Made by a program: the position numbers and the translations under genes. A stretch of DNA of 63,668 nucleotides, counting the filler, from Olpidium bornovanus S191 (Eukaryota > Fungi > Olpidiomycota), in assembly GCA_017911155.1 (NCBI GenBank). It is 33 parts of 33 records of this genome, joined end to end, with 100 filler letters (N's around TTAATTAATTAA, not from the genome) between each part and the next. Parts side by side here need not be neighbours in the genome. Positions count along the whole stretch, not along the records: positions 1 to 1,128 come from JAEFCI010009375.1; positions 1,229 to 2,969 come from JAEFCI010002885.1; positions 3,070 to 4,351 come from JAEFCI010008271.1; positions 4,452 to 6,419 come from JAEFCI010009179.1; positions 6,520 to 8,423 come from JAEFCI010006060.1; positions 8,524 to 9,953 come from JAEFCI010003979.1; positions 10,054 to 11,265 come from JAEFCI010011209.1; 26 more parts are not named here. One strand, given 5' to 3'. Shown piece by piece: positions 1 through 11,365 of the stretch. The notes below the pieces were generated by a model. It searched no databases and was not told the origin of the DNA. It saw nothing but the letters and a program-made list of their open reading frames with translations. Numbering within the stretch: position 1 is the first letter of the stretch; every line of letters begins with the position of its first letter.

Positions 1-72
1 CATGGGTAAGTATATGCGAGGGAGGAAATACCAGGGGACTCTAACAGGGGGAACAATGATGGCGGCGCGTAC

Positions 73-912
73 ATTTGAATTGTCGCAGGCAATCATCTCC
101 CCGAAAGAAGGCGTGTTGCATATGCAGTACCTGCGTGGTTCATATGTGCAATCAATAGAAAGTTCCGCGGCAAAGGTGCGGATAGCCGAACCCACAAAAC
201 TCGACGCGAAGGCAAACAACAATACTTACCGTCTTTGGTCTTCGTCATTGACTGCCACTGGCGGCGCTAGTGCCATCAGCGGACACACAACAACGGAGGC
301 ACGAGACACCGTGGCCAAGCACAGAGTTATAATGCATACGGTCGCGACGACGCACCGTCTTCTGTCGGCACATCTGTTTCGCCGAGCAGCTGGAGATGCG
401 AGTCCAGCTTAGCGATGTGTCTCGACATCTGGGCCCGCACGCGAAAAGTAATTGCGGCACTTCGCATTTCAAACTTCTTTGTCCAGATTGGCAGCCGGCG
501 CGGTCCCCAATTTCGAAGCGAGCGTCGAAAAAGAGAATGTTCTGCCTTCGTGGACATCGTCCTCACCAGCTCGCACATTTGTTTGGTGACCTTCTCCTTC
601 TGCTCGCACTTCCGCAACACGACTACGAACGCGCGGTCGACCTCGGCGCGGCGCGTTTCGTTCTCCGCTTGCTCGGCTGCCGACCGCGGGTTCGTCAAGA
701 GGGAAATGCGATGGAGGTGCTCGCGCCGCCTGGTGCAAAGGCTCCGGTTCATCTCTGTGGCGGAACAACGGGAATCTCGCTGTACTCGTCAGTTTTTTCC
801 CCTCTGTAAATTCATCAAGCCAGCAGAGACGCCGGCGCACCTCGAAACGTCTCGTCCATATATTTGAGATCGATCAGGTTTCGCCGTATGTCCTTTGGTA
901 GAGTTTCCAGCA
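73..912 (-). CDS. ING-family (inhibitor of growth) PHD finger protein, partial, spliced
   Basis: Exon LETLPKDIRRNLIDLKYMDETFR matches the ING N-terminal helix, followed by EQKEKVTKQMCEL..RHIAKLDSHL. Exon 73-130 (AG..GT flanked) encodes YCICNTPSFGEMIACDNSN, the ING-type PHD finger. Confidence 0.88.
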
Positions 913-1002
913 CTGCAGTGGATGCAGACGAACGTTTCCCTTTCAGCAATCCCAACGATCTGACGGATCCGCTGCCTATTTTCGACTCCCACCGCACCCC
1001 CC

Positions 1003-1046
<44 letters not shown>

Positions 1047-1048
1047 CG

Positions 1049-1107
<59 letters not shown>

Positions 1108-1128
1108 CCCCTCGCCCCCCCCCCCCCC

Positions 1129-1228
1129 NNNNNNNNNNNNNNNNNNNNNNNNNNNNNNNNNNNNNNNNNNNNTTAATTAATTAANNNNNNNNNNNNNNNN
1201 NNNNNNNNNNNNNNNNNNNNNNNNNNNN
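1129..1228. other. Artificial contig linker (first of 32 identical ones): 44 N + TTAATTAATTAA + 44 N
   Basis: An identical 100-nt block recurs 32 times. TTAATTAATTAA gives stops in all six frames, a standard pseudomolecule spacer. Confidence 0.99.
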
Positions 1229-2036
1229 CATGTCGAAGGAAACCTTGACGTGGGATTGGGCACCGAGGTTATAAACCTCGGTGGGCAGCACACGGGAAAT
1301 GATGCTGACCAGGTTGGCCGAGTCAGTCAGGTCACCGTAGTGCAGCACCATCCTGGGCTCTGCGACGGTACGAAAATTGAATATGCAAGGCAAAGGAGCA
1401 AATATGATCAAGCAAAAAGCAATCATTTTAGAAATCAACGGCAAAATAGGCAGAAAGAAGAAAATGTAAACTACGGAAAAAAAGAAGGGAAAACTGCACT
1501 CGCGGAAAACTCACTTCCAACGTGCTGATCTTTGTACAAGTGTTCAATGCGGCCAGTGTTGAAGGATGACGAGCGTCGAATAATGCCGTGGACAGTGTAT
1601 CCCTTCTCCAGAAGGAACTCCGTAAGGTAACTGCCGTCTTGTCCCGTGATACCTAGCGGCGCAAATGCCAAATGTGGGTGGGTGAGGGGGGGGGAATGGT
1701 GAGAATTGGCGTTGGCATCCGCGATAAGCCCGAACGACCGACCGCACCCGGCGCGTAACACGTCGTGGAACACGCAAAAACCTCTGCCGACGGTGACGTG
1801 CGTGGGCAAGGGGGGGGGGGGGTTTACGGGTTTTGGGGGGGTTTTTTTTTCGAACGCGCCGCAGCAGCCCCTTTCCTCCTGCACACCACCATCCCGCCCG
1901 GTTTTCGCTCACCGGTGATGAGCGCGACCTTCCTGGCCCGGTATTCCTCGGGAGTCATCTTGAGGGCGCCGATCATGTTGTCTATGTCGACGATCGTCTT
2001 GGCCGCGGTGGCCGCGGAGTTTTTGCCGGCCATCAT
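1229..2036 (-). CDS. gmd: GDP-mannose 4,6-dehydratase, 5' part (exons 2036-1913, 1652-1515, 1359-1229)
   Basis: Spliced translation [47 protein letters not shown]...[12 protein letters not shown]...[17 protein letters not shown]; GT-AG introns. Confidence 0.97.
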
Positions 2037-2238
2037 TTTTTTTGTTTCGTCCCCTTTTCCTGTTTCTCCTTATTACGGTCGCGCACGAGAGTTCCACGGC
2101 CGCGCACAGAGGTGTAGGTGGTGGGGGGAAGCCGAGGAGGGCGGGCGCGTGGCGGGCCGACGGGAGGCGCGTCGCCTCTCAGAGAAAGAGATGAGACGCG
2201 CGCGTGAGAGAGGGGACGGGAGGGCGGGGGGGGGGGGG

Positions 2239-2327
<89 letters not shown>

Positions 2328-3672
2328 GGACGCGGGGAGAAGAGAGAGCGAGAGAGAGAAGAGAGAGGGATGGAGAGAGAGAGCGAGAGAGAGAGGAAGA
2401 GAGAGAGAGAGAGAGGGAGAGCGCAGAACGAGGAGCGCGTCGCTCGGATTCGGCGTGTTGCTCGAAAACGGCGGCGGGGAGGGAGGGGGCGCGCGCGTGC
2501 GCGTGTGCGGGGGAAGAGACGGAGGGGAGGCGGGGCAACCCTCCTTCCTTCCCGCTCCGGACGCAGCCCCAGCCCAGCCCGGCCGGCCGGTCAGCCAAAG
2601 GGAACACGCGCTAGGCTCGCATGAAAAGAGCCTCCCCCCGTTGCCAAAAATGGAACCGCATGCTTGTTCATTTCTTCCTTATGCAGGTAACCCCCTCCCT
2701 ACCCCCGCCCCGCCCCAGGGTCTACTGGTAAAATCAAAGAACACGTGATGTAGGCGTGTCTTGATATATCACACGATTTCAAATGGGGGATATTTGATGC
2801 AGTTGGGTGTTCGCTTTAGGCCAGGGAAGCCCGAGGAGCCACACGTGTTCATGACAATTGTTCTGTGGGAAAACCCGAGGGGGTGAGGGGGGGAAGGGAG
2901 GACCTTGTGTTTAGGACTGCCAGCAGGTGGAAGAAAGGGCAAAAACAACAGAAAGCACGTCCGTCCGCGNNNNNNNNNNNNNNNNNNNNNNNNNNNNNNN
3001 NNNNNNNNNNNNNTTAATTAATTAANNNNNNNNNNNNNNNNNNNNNNNNNNNNNNNNNNNNNNNNNNNNCATGGTAAGCAGACGTGGTCCCTTTCCTAGA
3101 GTGGAAAGAGGCAGTACGACGGAATCAATGCAGAGGTATGTTGTCTCCACGTCTCACTGGTGTAGAATCACTCCGAATAACTTTACTTTTTTTTCTGACT
3201 TATTTCATCTGCCTTACCGGTTTCATTCTTGGCCATTCTTCTCGCTCCGTAAGGACGAATCCTTTCTCCACGAATCAGCGAATCCTGCGAATTCGCAGGA
3301 GGGAATATTTTAGCATGATCAATGGCGTTCGCTGACGATTGCTTACACGATTTTTGCACGTTAAGCGCGCTTTCCACGTTTCTGCATATGGTTCCAAGTT
3401 AATCAAACACCAAAAGCTGGAATTGGCATGCACAGATTACCAACTTTAAGTTAATTATCTGTGACGACTTCAACCGACTCGTGTGACTTGGACTTTGGCT
3501 TTGGCTGCAGAGCGAAGTCATGCAGGTACAGTAAGTTTCATGCTTTCCTTACTGACCTGTTCTGGTGCGACACTAAGAATGGCAAACAGAACGTAATTGC
3601 AGTGCACGAAAAGATTGCCGCCAGCCATGAGAAGTTTGCGGCCAGCCATGAGATGTTCCTCAATATGTGTGC

Positions 3673-4351
3673 TGTGGCACTGCCCCGACCGCCCGCTGAA
3701 GCCCTTAGTCGGGCGGCGGTAAGCTCGGAGGGACGACGGTCACGAGCCCCGTGCCCCCGCCCCCCCCCCACAACAAATCTCCGAGCCCCGAGCCTTCCCC
3801 CCCCCGGAACCCCGCGTGTACAAACGGCCCGCCAACGCACTCCCGCGCGGAGACCAGCGAGACGGAAGGGTCCAACCAGCGACCATGGGTGTCGCAGCGC
3901 GCGCCCTTCGCCGTTGCGCATACTCGTCCGCACCGGACGATATCCGGCGTACGGCGCCTTGCAGCTCCGGGCGAGCGCCTGGCGTGCGGCGCCCCATGCG
4001 CGCGCACACTGCGCTGCGTGGTGCGGCCCGCGCCGCCTTCCCATCAGGTGTGGCGAGCCCCCCCCGGCACGTGGCCGCCCACTTAGGGGGCCCACACGGG
4101 AGGCCCGCACGCTCGGTGCCCGCATGGTGTTGCCGCATGAGACTGTTTCAGCGGAACCCCACACGGCGCGCCCCGCCCGGAGCGCCTCGCCCGGAGCGCC
4201 CCGCCCGGAGCGCCCCGCCCGGAGCGCCCCACATGACGCGTCCCGCACAACAAGCCCACACACGATGAGAGTGCAGTTGCGCTCACACCCACGCTATGTG
4301 TATATAAGGCGTGCTTCAGTGTCCTAGAATGTAGACTCATAGTCAAACATA
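3673..4351 (+). mobile_element. Possible LTR (5' portion), truncated by contig end
   Basis: Begins TGTGGCAC, has a GC-rich body with a tandem array and TATATAA at 4301-4307. No 3' terminus is visible. Confidence 0.3.
4168..4230. repeat. Tandem repeat, 4.5 x 14-nt GCGCCCCGCCCGGA
   Basis: Units at 4168, 4182 (one substitution), 4196, 4210 and a partial unit at 4224. Confidence 0.95.
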
Positions 4352-4451
4352 NNNNNNNNNNNNNNNNNNNNNNNNNNNNNNNNNNNNNNNNNNNNTTAAT
4401 TAATTAANNNNNNNNNNNNNNNNNNNNNNNNNNNNNNNNNNNNNNNNNNNN

Positions 4452-5231
4452 CATGAATATGGCATAGTCTTTCACGTTGGCGACCAGCAATTTCACTAGA
4501 TTGTTCTCGCGGATATCGCCCTCAAGGGCGCTCAACCGGTTCACGGACTCGGTCATGTCTTCCAGTTGGCACACAAGGAAACGCACGTCATCCTGCACGA
4601 GCACGGGAGAAGCGCAGACCTTCCAATGGCACTCCTTCCCGTTCCAGAGCACGCGGAAAGGCCCGACGGTAGCCGGTAGTTTGTTTTCGATGACGAAGCG
4701 ATAGTTCTCCAAAACCGTCTCCAGGTGATTCCCGAAAGCTCGGTTGAGGGGGATGGAGGCAAAGTGGCTTCCAATCACCTCGCTGGAGCCTGTGGGATCC
4801 TGTGCCGCGAGCTCCGTGTAGACCTTGTTTGCGTCGTGGACAGTAAGGTACGGCGTCAGCAGCAGTGAAGGCAGAGGGAGAAGGGCGAACACCTCCTGAT
4901 AGATTCCGGCGGCCAAGGTCGTTGCTCTGCTACCGCCGGGGTCACAATAGCTGCTGCTGCCATACAGCTCCAGAGGAAAATAGCAGTTTGGCGGGGTGCC
5001 GAGCTGTTTCATCGCCTCCGTGACCTCAACAACACGGACGGCCGGCCGGGCCGCGGCCGCCTGAACGTTCGCCTGAATACCAGCGGGTGCCGGCTCAGAC
5101 CGGTAGAAGGGCGGCGGAGACGGCGGCCGCAACGGTTGCAGCATTGGCGACCGTAGGGAACCGCTCCTCTGGCCCGGTGACCGGGGCGGCACGGGCGTCA
5201 TTGCCTTCACGGCCAGTCCCCCGTTCCACAT
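4452..5231 (-). CDS. PAS-domain sensor histidine kinase (two-component), N-terminal part, 3' truncated
   Basis: Intronless ORF with a PAS-like segment (WKVCASPVLVQDDVRFLVCQLEDMTE) followed by KLLVANVKDYAIFM, the typical start of a PAS domain in hybrid histidine kinases. The kinase domain lies beyond the contig end. Confidence 0.72.
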
Positions 5232-5835
5232 CGTTTGCGCCGCTCTTGCCAGCCCTCTAACGGACTTTGGCGAGCTTGCGGTTGGGCGGGCGCCGAGCGG
5301 CGCGACGCTCTTACGAGAGCGGCGGGGTGGATTACGACGGCCAAAGGCGAAAAAAACAAACGATACTCGGGGGAAATTTGTGACTTTAGTGAGCTCCCCG
5401 ACGCCCCGCGATCCCCACAACGCATTACCCCAGCAAATTCGGCTCAGTAAAAAAGCTGCTCGGCCGCAGTCGCCTCGTAGCAGGCGCGGCAGACGGACGA
5501 CAGGAGCAGACGGCCGTCGGCAGCCGACAAAACCGATCCGCGTAGAAATCCGACGGTGCGGTGTGCCCAGGCGGGCGGAAGTTCATCAACCCCAAAACGG
5601 CACGTGCGACATGGGTCATGCCCTGGAGACCGACCAAGTAAACCGCCAACCACCAAAACTTCATGGTTTGGGTCTACCACATCAATAGATAAACCTATTA
5701 TTTATGCGCGGTGTCCATCGGGGTGCCCGATGATGCATGTGCGAGGGAGGGAAGAGGAAGGGGGGGGGGGGGGGGGAATTGCGTTGAAGGGAGGCAAAAA
5801 AACAACAAAACTAACAGAGCACGGCGGTGGGGATT

Positions 5836-6372
5836 TTATCTGCTGAAGTATTTCACACCGATCTCACCTAAACCAACGAGCTTTCGACGCAGAAAACGCA
5901 GAACATCATGTTAGCATGAATCAACAGGAATTTATTCCATCACCGCAAGGTTAAAGCGTTTCCAAGACTCACAACAGCGACAACAATTCTTAAACGTGGG
6001 TTTCCACGACGGTGTCGTTGCAACATTGAACGCAATTTATCAGCAGCTGGCAGTTTGACAAATGAAGCGCTATTGGAATAAAAAAATGATAGCAAGCACA
6101 CCTACAGCCAAATGACAATCCAATTCAAATAGACCATGTGGGAATTCGACATATGTTCTGAAAAAACAGTAAACGTCAATTTCGTGTGGTTTTCCGTCCT
6201 CTCCTTCCGTGGGCCGACGGGGGCAGCGCCTGGCGCGACGGCTGCAAGTGGCGGCCGCAACGTATGATGGCAACAATATAAAAATGGATACCTCGTAACA
6301 TGTCCAATAGATCCGAAATGACAGCACAGCGGTCATTCAGAAGTTTCGCTCTTTGTCGTATTTCCAGGTAAC
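5836..6372 (-). CDS. RMD1/RMD8 (DUF155) family protein, 3' end, four exons including a 16-nt microexon
   Basis: Spliced translation YLEIRQRAKLLNDRCAVISDLLDMLR-EHMSNSHMVYLNWIVIWL-IVVAV-LVGLGEIGVKYFSR* matches the DUF155 C-terminus. Confidence 0.85.
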
Positions 6373-6778
6373 CTAAACGATCCAACACCGTGAACGGAGT
6401 GGTTGAATGATAATTCAAANNNNNNNNNNNNNNNNNNNNNNNNNNNNNNNNNNNNNNNNNNNNTTAATTAATTAANNNNNNNNNNNNNNNNNNNNNNNNN
6501 NNNNNNNNNNNNNNNNNNNAAAAAAAAAAAAGAGGAGGCAAATTTGGAAGGAATTGGTGTACATGAGACGGGAAGACAAGGAAAAAAGAATTAAAGGAAC
6601 AAACCGCACGCAAAAGATGGAGAAGCAGGCGCCCGGGTCGTTTCCGGTTTTCTATCGCGCACGACCAGAAGACTAACGCATTTCTACGCCCAAACTCTTC
6701 CCGTCAAAAGGCCCCCTCTTCCCACCCCGCAGGCCGCCCGCGCACGCAATCGTCCCGGCCCCTACGTGCCGTTTTTTT

Positions 6779-8423
6779 TTATTCGTCAAGCACCGCGATG
6801 TCCTTGGGTACGCCCCACACCTCGAGCGCGAGGCACTCGAAGTCCTCGCACACGGCCGGGGGCGCGCCGTCCGCCACCTCCGAAACCGCCAGCGGCTCGT
6901 TGTCATAAGTGGGGACGGTCGCCGAGTGTCCGCGGGTGAACTCCTGGTCCAGCCAGAGCCCAAATTTGCCGTTGCTGGAAAGGAATTTAAGAAAAAAATT
7001 TTGCCGTGACGGTTCAGCCATCCTCCTCGAGCAGGCGGAGGGGGGGGATAGGCCGCCCGCAAGAAGGAAGGCCGGCGAGAAGGAAGGCCGGCGAGAACGT
7101 TCAGAGACGGCGCGCGTTCGACGTACCCGCCCCCGATGCCAAAGAAGGTTTGCTCCGCGATCATGAAATCTGGCGTTTTCAAGAGGGAGGAAAAAGGGGG
7201 GGGGCCGGGGGGCCGGTGGGAGGGACCGGCGCGTGCGGGGTTGCGCGCGCGCATTGTGAGTTTTCGCCCGCCTGGAAATTTTTATCCGCTTTCCCGCCGA
7301 AAAAAACGTACTGCGTTTTGGCCAGCGAACGTCGAAAACGACCGGCAAGACTCACAATCGTTCCGCCCGGTCCACGGAAACACGCGCACCCCCGTGGCTA
7401 CATTGGCTTTCTTCACGTTGATCGCCTTCCACAGGAAGCTGCCCGATTGAGGAAGACAATCCAAGTCCAAGGTGGGCAAAGAGGCAGGATGAGGGTGGGG
7501 GAAAAATCGCGCGACCGGAGGGGGAGGGAGGACATAACCGACCAGGTAGGAAACGAGGAACGGGCCGCACACACACACACCTCTCACCCGTGCCGTAATA
7601 TTTGCCGAAGTGCTTGGGGTTTGCCGCTTTCAACGGCTCGTTCAGGTACGCACCGAAAATCTGTTTCAAGCAGCAATGGGTGAAAACGCGAACGTGATTT
7701 GCGGCGAAAATGAGCTTACGAAGTTTCAACCCGTCGGAAGAGCAAAACGGGCGGCTTCGTTTTCTTGGGAAGCGCCCGACCGGCACCCGACACACATTCT
7801 CCTTGGTGTCTTTCACCGCCAGTATCAGCGCCCACTTCCCGGCAACTTTGTCGTACATTGTCGACAAGCTGATCCCGTGCTGTTCGAGCGAATACAGCAG
7901 GCGCCACCGCTCTTCCAGCCGCTGTCGGGGCGGCAGGCTTTCTCGAAGCTGCGCGGGCATCGTTTCCAGAAAAATATGCCAGTCAGTCGCAAACGCGGGA
8001 CGGACCGGCGCGGCGCTCGGCAAAAACGGGGAAAACTGGTAGCGAAAAAGCCGCTCGGGTACGTTTTGGTGTGACAGTATAAAAACAAAAAAAGCCTGCT
8101 GAACTTTCCGCACCGTGTTAGCAATGTCCTCGGTCAGAATCTCCTCGGCACCAGGGTTCCTGCCTTCCAGCCGCACAGCCGGCAGCGACTTGAGATCCAC
8201 GAGGCTGTGCGTGGAGAACAACGCGCTCCCGCTCAGGGGCCGCCTCAGCTCGATCTCGGCGAAGTCCGTCTCGCATTCACCTTCGTCGGTGTCCTTGTCG
8301 CTGCTCCCGTCCGACGGACTGTCGATTTGAGCTCGATGGCCCGCGGTGTAGACGGATCCCGTCGAGTAGCGGCGCCTCCGCCGCCAGGCGGCGCTCATCC
8401 CGAGAGTGAGGATGTCCGTCATG
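6779..8423 (-). CDS. OXR1: TLDc-domain oxidation resistance protein (OXR1-like), 5' truncated, spliced
   Basis: WRLLYSLEQHGISLSTMY, IFGAYLNEPL, YYGTGE, YPWTGRND, FFGIGGG, KFGLWLDQEFTRGHSATVPTYDNEPL, FECLALEVW are the TLDc signature segments, in order. Confidence 0.93.
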
Positions 8424-8523
8424 NNNNNNNNNNNNNNNNNNNNNNNNNNNNNNNNNNNNNNNNNNNNTTAATTAATTAANNNNNNNNNNNNNNNNNNNNN
8501 NNNNNNNNNNNNNNNNNNNNNNN

Positions 8524-9953
8524 TCATGGAGTTGGCGGTGTACGAGCCCGGGTCTTGACACACGCCGCAGACTGGGGGGGGGGGGTAGTGGTCGCAGTGG
8601 TGGTGGTAGAAAAAGAAAAAAATTAGTTTGAAACCGTTCTTGTGACATTCGCCTTCCACACCTCACATCCCCCCCCCCACACAAACACACACACGCACAC
8701 GCACACACAAGGCCGAGCGCACGCAAAAAAAAAAAAAAACAAAAGAACAATTTTCCGCGGCGCAGGCGGGGCGCCGAAAGCCACCCACAGAGCTGCAGCA
8801 CCGGCCGTTCCCGCTCTTCGACTTTTTCCTTTATGAACATCGTGAGGTTGAGGCGGGGAAGCTTACAAGCGAAGCCGTACCCTTTGTAATCACAGCCGTG
8901 TTTGCTGGGAAAGCGGGGGGAGGTGGGAGGGGAGAATGGAGAGAAGAGAAAGGCAAAAAAAGCGAACAATTTAAAAAAAAAAAGGTCGACGTTCGTTTTC
9001 CGCTCCCCGCCGGTGACATTTTACACTTTCTGTAAACCATCCTTTTTTTTTTGTGGAGGTCGACTCACTTGCACAACGTCCGCTTTCCCCAGGGCCCCGG
9101 CCTCCAGTTGACGCCCTCGGTAGTCCCGCAGTAGCGGCACCAGTCCACGCGGCTGCTGGTGAGCGTCTCGAAGATGGTTGGCCGGAGGGTGGGCCGAGGG
9201 GAATTCCGCAGACCGCCGCCCGCTCTGACGGCGGCGTTCAACGCCTCCGACGCGACGTGGGCGGCCGCCTCGTCGGACGACTCTTCCGAGGCCAGGCCCG
9301 GGGCGGCTGCGATCGCTTTGGTTTTGATCCTGGCCGGCGCGGCGGACTTTTGGGCCGCCGCCTGCCTGTGGTTCGGGGCGACGCGGACCGCGGCCTGAGC
9401 CGAGCGGGATTCATCGCGCGCGTCCTCCGCCGCCTCGGCGTCCGGCGAAGCCTCCGGCTTAAAAGGGACCCGCCTGTGGGCGCCGCAAGAATCGCGGCCC
9501 TCGCCGCCGGCGGAGCCCTCGTTCGCGGGCCGCTCCGGCCGGTCGGCCCGGGTCTCGGGTGCCGCCGCGGGGCGGCCGGCTCCGTTCTCGCCGTCACCTC
9601 CGGTGGGCTCGTCGTCGTCATCGCCATCCGACGGCCCTTCGTCGGTGGTTTCCGCTGCGGCCGGCTCCGGGCCCGCCCAGGCGCCGCGGCCGCGAGCCGG
9701 GCGTTCGTCGCCGGAGCCGTCACTCGATTCGCGGCCTTCGCGGGTTTTGCCGGCGCCGACTCCCGGACGCATCCTTTTGCGCGGGTCGGAAGACGGCTCC
9801 GCGGCCGGGTCGCACTCGGGGCCTAAAGACGCCATGGCCTCGTAGTGCTGGCGCCACGTGATGACTGTGTCGCACACGTCGGTCAGCCGGCGCGCGTTCG
9901 GCCTCCGGGACGCGCGGTCGAGAGTTCGCCGGCGTCGGATCTGCCGGTCCGGA
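8524..9953 (-). CDS. GATA-type zinc finger plus PHD-like finger protein, partial
   Basis: WCRYCGTTEGVNWRPGPWGKRTLC/NKHGCDYKGYGF spans an intron (donor next to 9069). A later exon reads FCGVCQDPGSYTANSM, the start of a second Cys finger. Confidence 0.85.
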
Positions 9954-10409
9954 NNNNNNNNNNNNNNNNNNNNNNNNNNNNNNNNNNNNNNNNNNNNTTA
10001 ATTAATTAANNNNNNNNNNNNNNNNNNNNNNNNNNNNNNNNNNNNNNNNNNNNACTGCCTACCTCCAGTGCGTCCGCAGACTTTATCACGCACGGAAAGT
10101 GTTCGCCTTCGTTCGTTTCCTTTGTCCGGGTTCCGGGCCGCAGTGTCCGCGGGTGGGTTCGAACGATATCATGCCGTTGGCGCGTTTCTGTTGCGCGAGA
10201 ACCGTTGGGGAAAGTTTTTTTTTTGATGTGCTTTTTCTTTCCAAAGGCCGCACTCGCGTTTGCCAGAGTTCCGAGGGGGGCAAAAAACCCTGCGCTGGTC
10301 ACAGCCAGCGTAAACGCGACGCGGCGTCTTTTTTTCCCTTTCCTGCCTTCGTTTTTTCCAGGTCTCGGCTCCACTTCTCCCGCCCGCCCGCAACAAAGAA
10401 AAAAGAATG

Positions 10410-10415
10410 AAAAAA
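10410..10415 (-). terminator. RNA polymerase III T-tract terminator of tRNA-Glu
   Basis: A TTTTTT run directly 3' of the tRNA on the minus strand. Confidence 0.75.
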
Positions 10416-10416
10416 G

Positions 10417-10488
10417 CTCCGAATCGGGGAATCGAACCCCGGCCGTCCCGGTGAGAGCGGGAAATCCTAGCCACTGGACCAATTCGGA
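10417..10488 (-). tRNA. tRNA-Glu (anticodon CTC), 72 nt, intronless
   Basis: Minus strand TCCGAATTGGTCCAGTGGCTAGGATTTCCCGCT-CTC-ACCGGGACGGCCGGGGTTCGATTCCCCGATTCGGAG. Acceptor, D, anticodon and T arms all pair. Confidence 0.97.
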
Positions 10489-11365
10489 TTTGATGCGCTG
10501 TTGTTCTAAACGCCGATATGAGCCAATATTATGCAATGTAAACCCAAACCAACCTGCGACGAGCCCCGTGTTTTGCGCTGACGGCGCCTGCGGGCGCCGG
10601 TTTGGCCGCTTCTCTCCTTCAACGGCGAAAGGCGAAGGCGCCGCTTGCTTTCTCCAAATCTTCGAACCGCCGCGACCGGGGGAGCGAGCGATACCGGTCG
10701 GCAGCATAGGTCGTCGTCGCCTGAGACGGACCGTCTGCTGAGCCAGCCTGCCGCAGCGGTCGTTGCATGCGGTCCCCCGGCACCATGTATTCTATGTCCG
10801 CGGTCAGGGCGGGCTTTCGCAGCACCGCCAGCGGGGCATCTCTGCCTGCCGCGGCTGCCAGCCGTTCCAACTGGCAACGTCAGAGGCAAAGCCTGCGCTG
10901 CAACTGTCATAGGAATCAGCGGCGGGGGCCGGCTGCCTGCCCGCTTGACCGATGTGCATGCGCTGATTGTCTTCCCCGGCGAAGATGATCTTGGCCAGGG
11001 CAACCCCGTCCTTTTCCGAATCATGGTCAAGTTTTTGGGTTCTGATCTTCAGGTGGTCTGATATATTCAGCCAGCCTTCGTTCCCTCAGCCGGAGACGCA
11101 TCTGCAAGTTCCAACACACATTGTTCTTTCCAACCTTGCACAGCTCAGGCGGTGACAAGTTCAGGCGGTGACGAGACTGCGGGTATGCGACGGTGATGGC
11201 TTCGCGGTGACGACAGAACGCGGGTTGGTCCTCCATTGAGGCGCGTCAGTTTCTTTGTGCTCATGNNNNNNNNNNNNNNNNNNNNNNNNNNNNNNNNNNN
11301 NNNNNNNNNTTAATTAATTAANNNNNNNNNNNNNNNNNNNNNNNNNNNNNNNNNNNNNNNNNNNN

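Noticed and set aside
1-6. CATGGG as a SMART template-switch oligo remnant explaining the CATG ends
   Set aside because: Only this contig continues with GG. The others continue with varied bases, and the sequence is intron-containing genomic DNA.
1173-1184. Regularly recurring TTAATTAATTAA flanked by N, as a biological repeat or CRISPR-like array
   Set aside because: Identical 100-nt spacer with six-frame stops; an assembly linker.
864-2748. Poly-Pro, poly-Gly, poly-Lys and poly-Phe ORFs in the ORF track
   Set aside because: Translations of homopolymer tracts in introns or intergenic DNA.
4168-4230. Short direct repeats as a CRISPR array
   Set aside because: Head-to-tail units with no spacers, in a eukaryotic context with no cas genes.
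6158-6291. Intron starting GTATCCATTT as a possible U12-type intron
   Set aside because: Mismatch to GTATCCTT at +7, no TCCTTAAC branch site, and a normal polypyrimidine-CAG end; likely U2-type.
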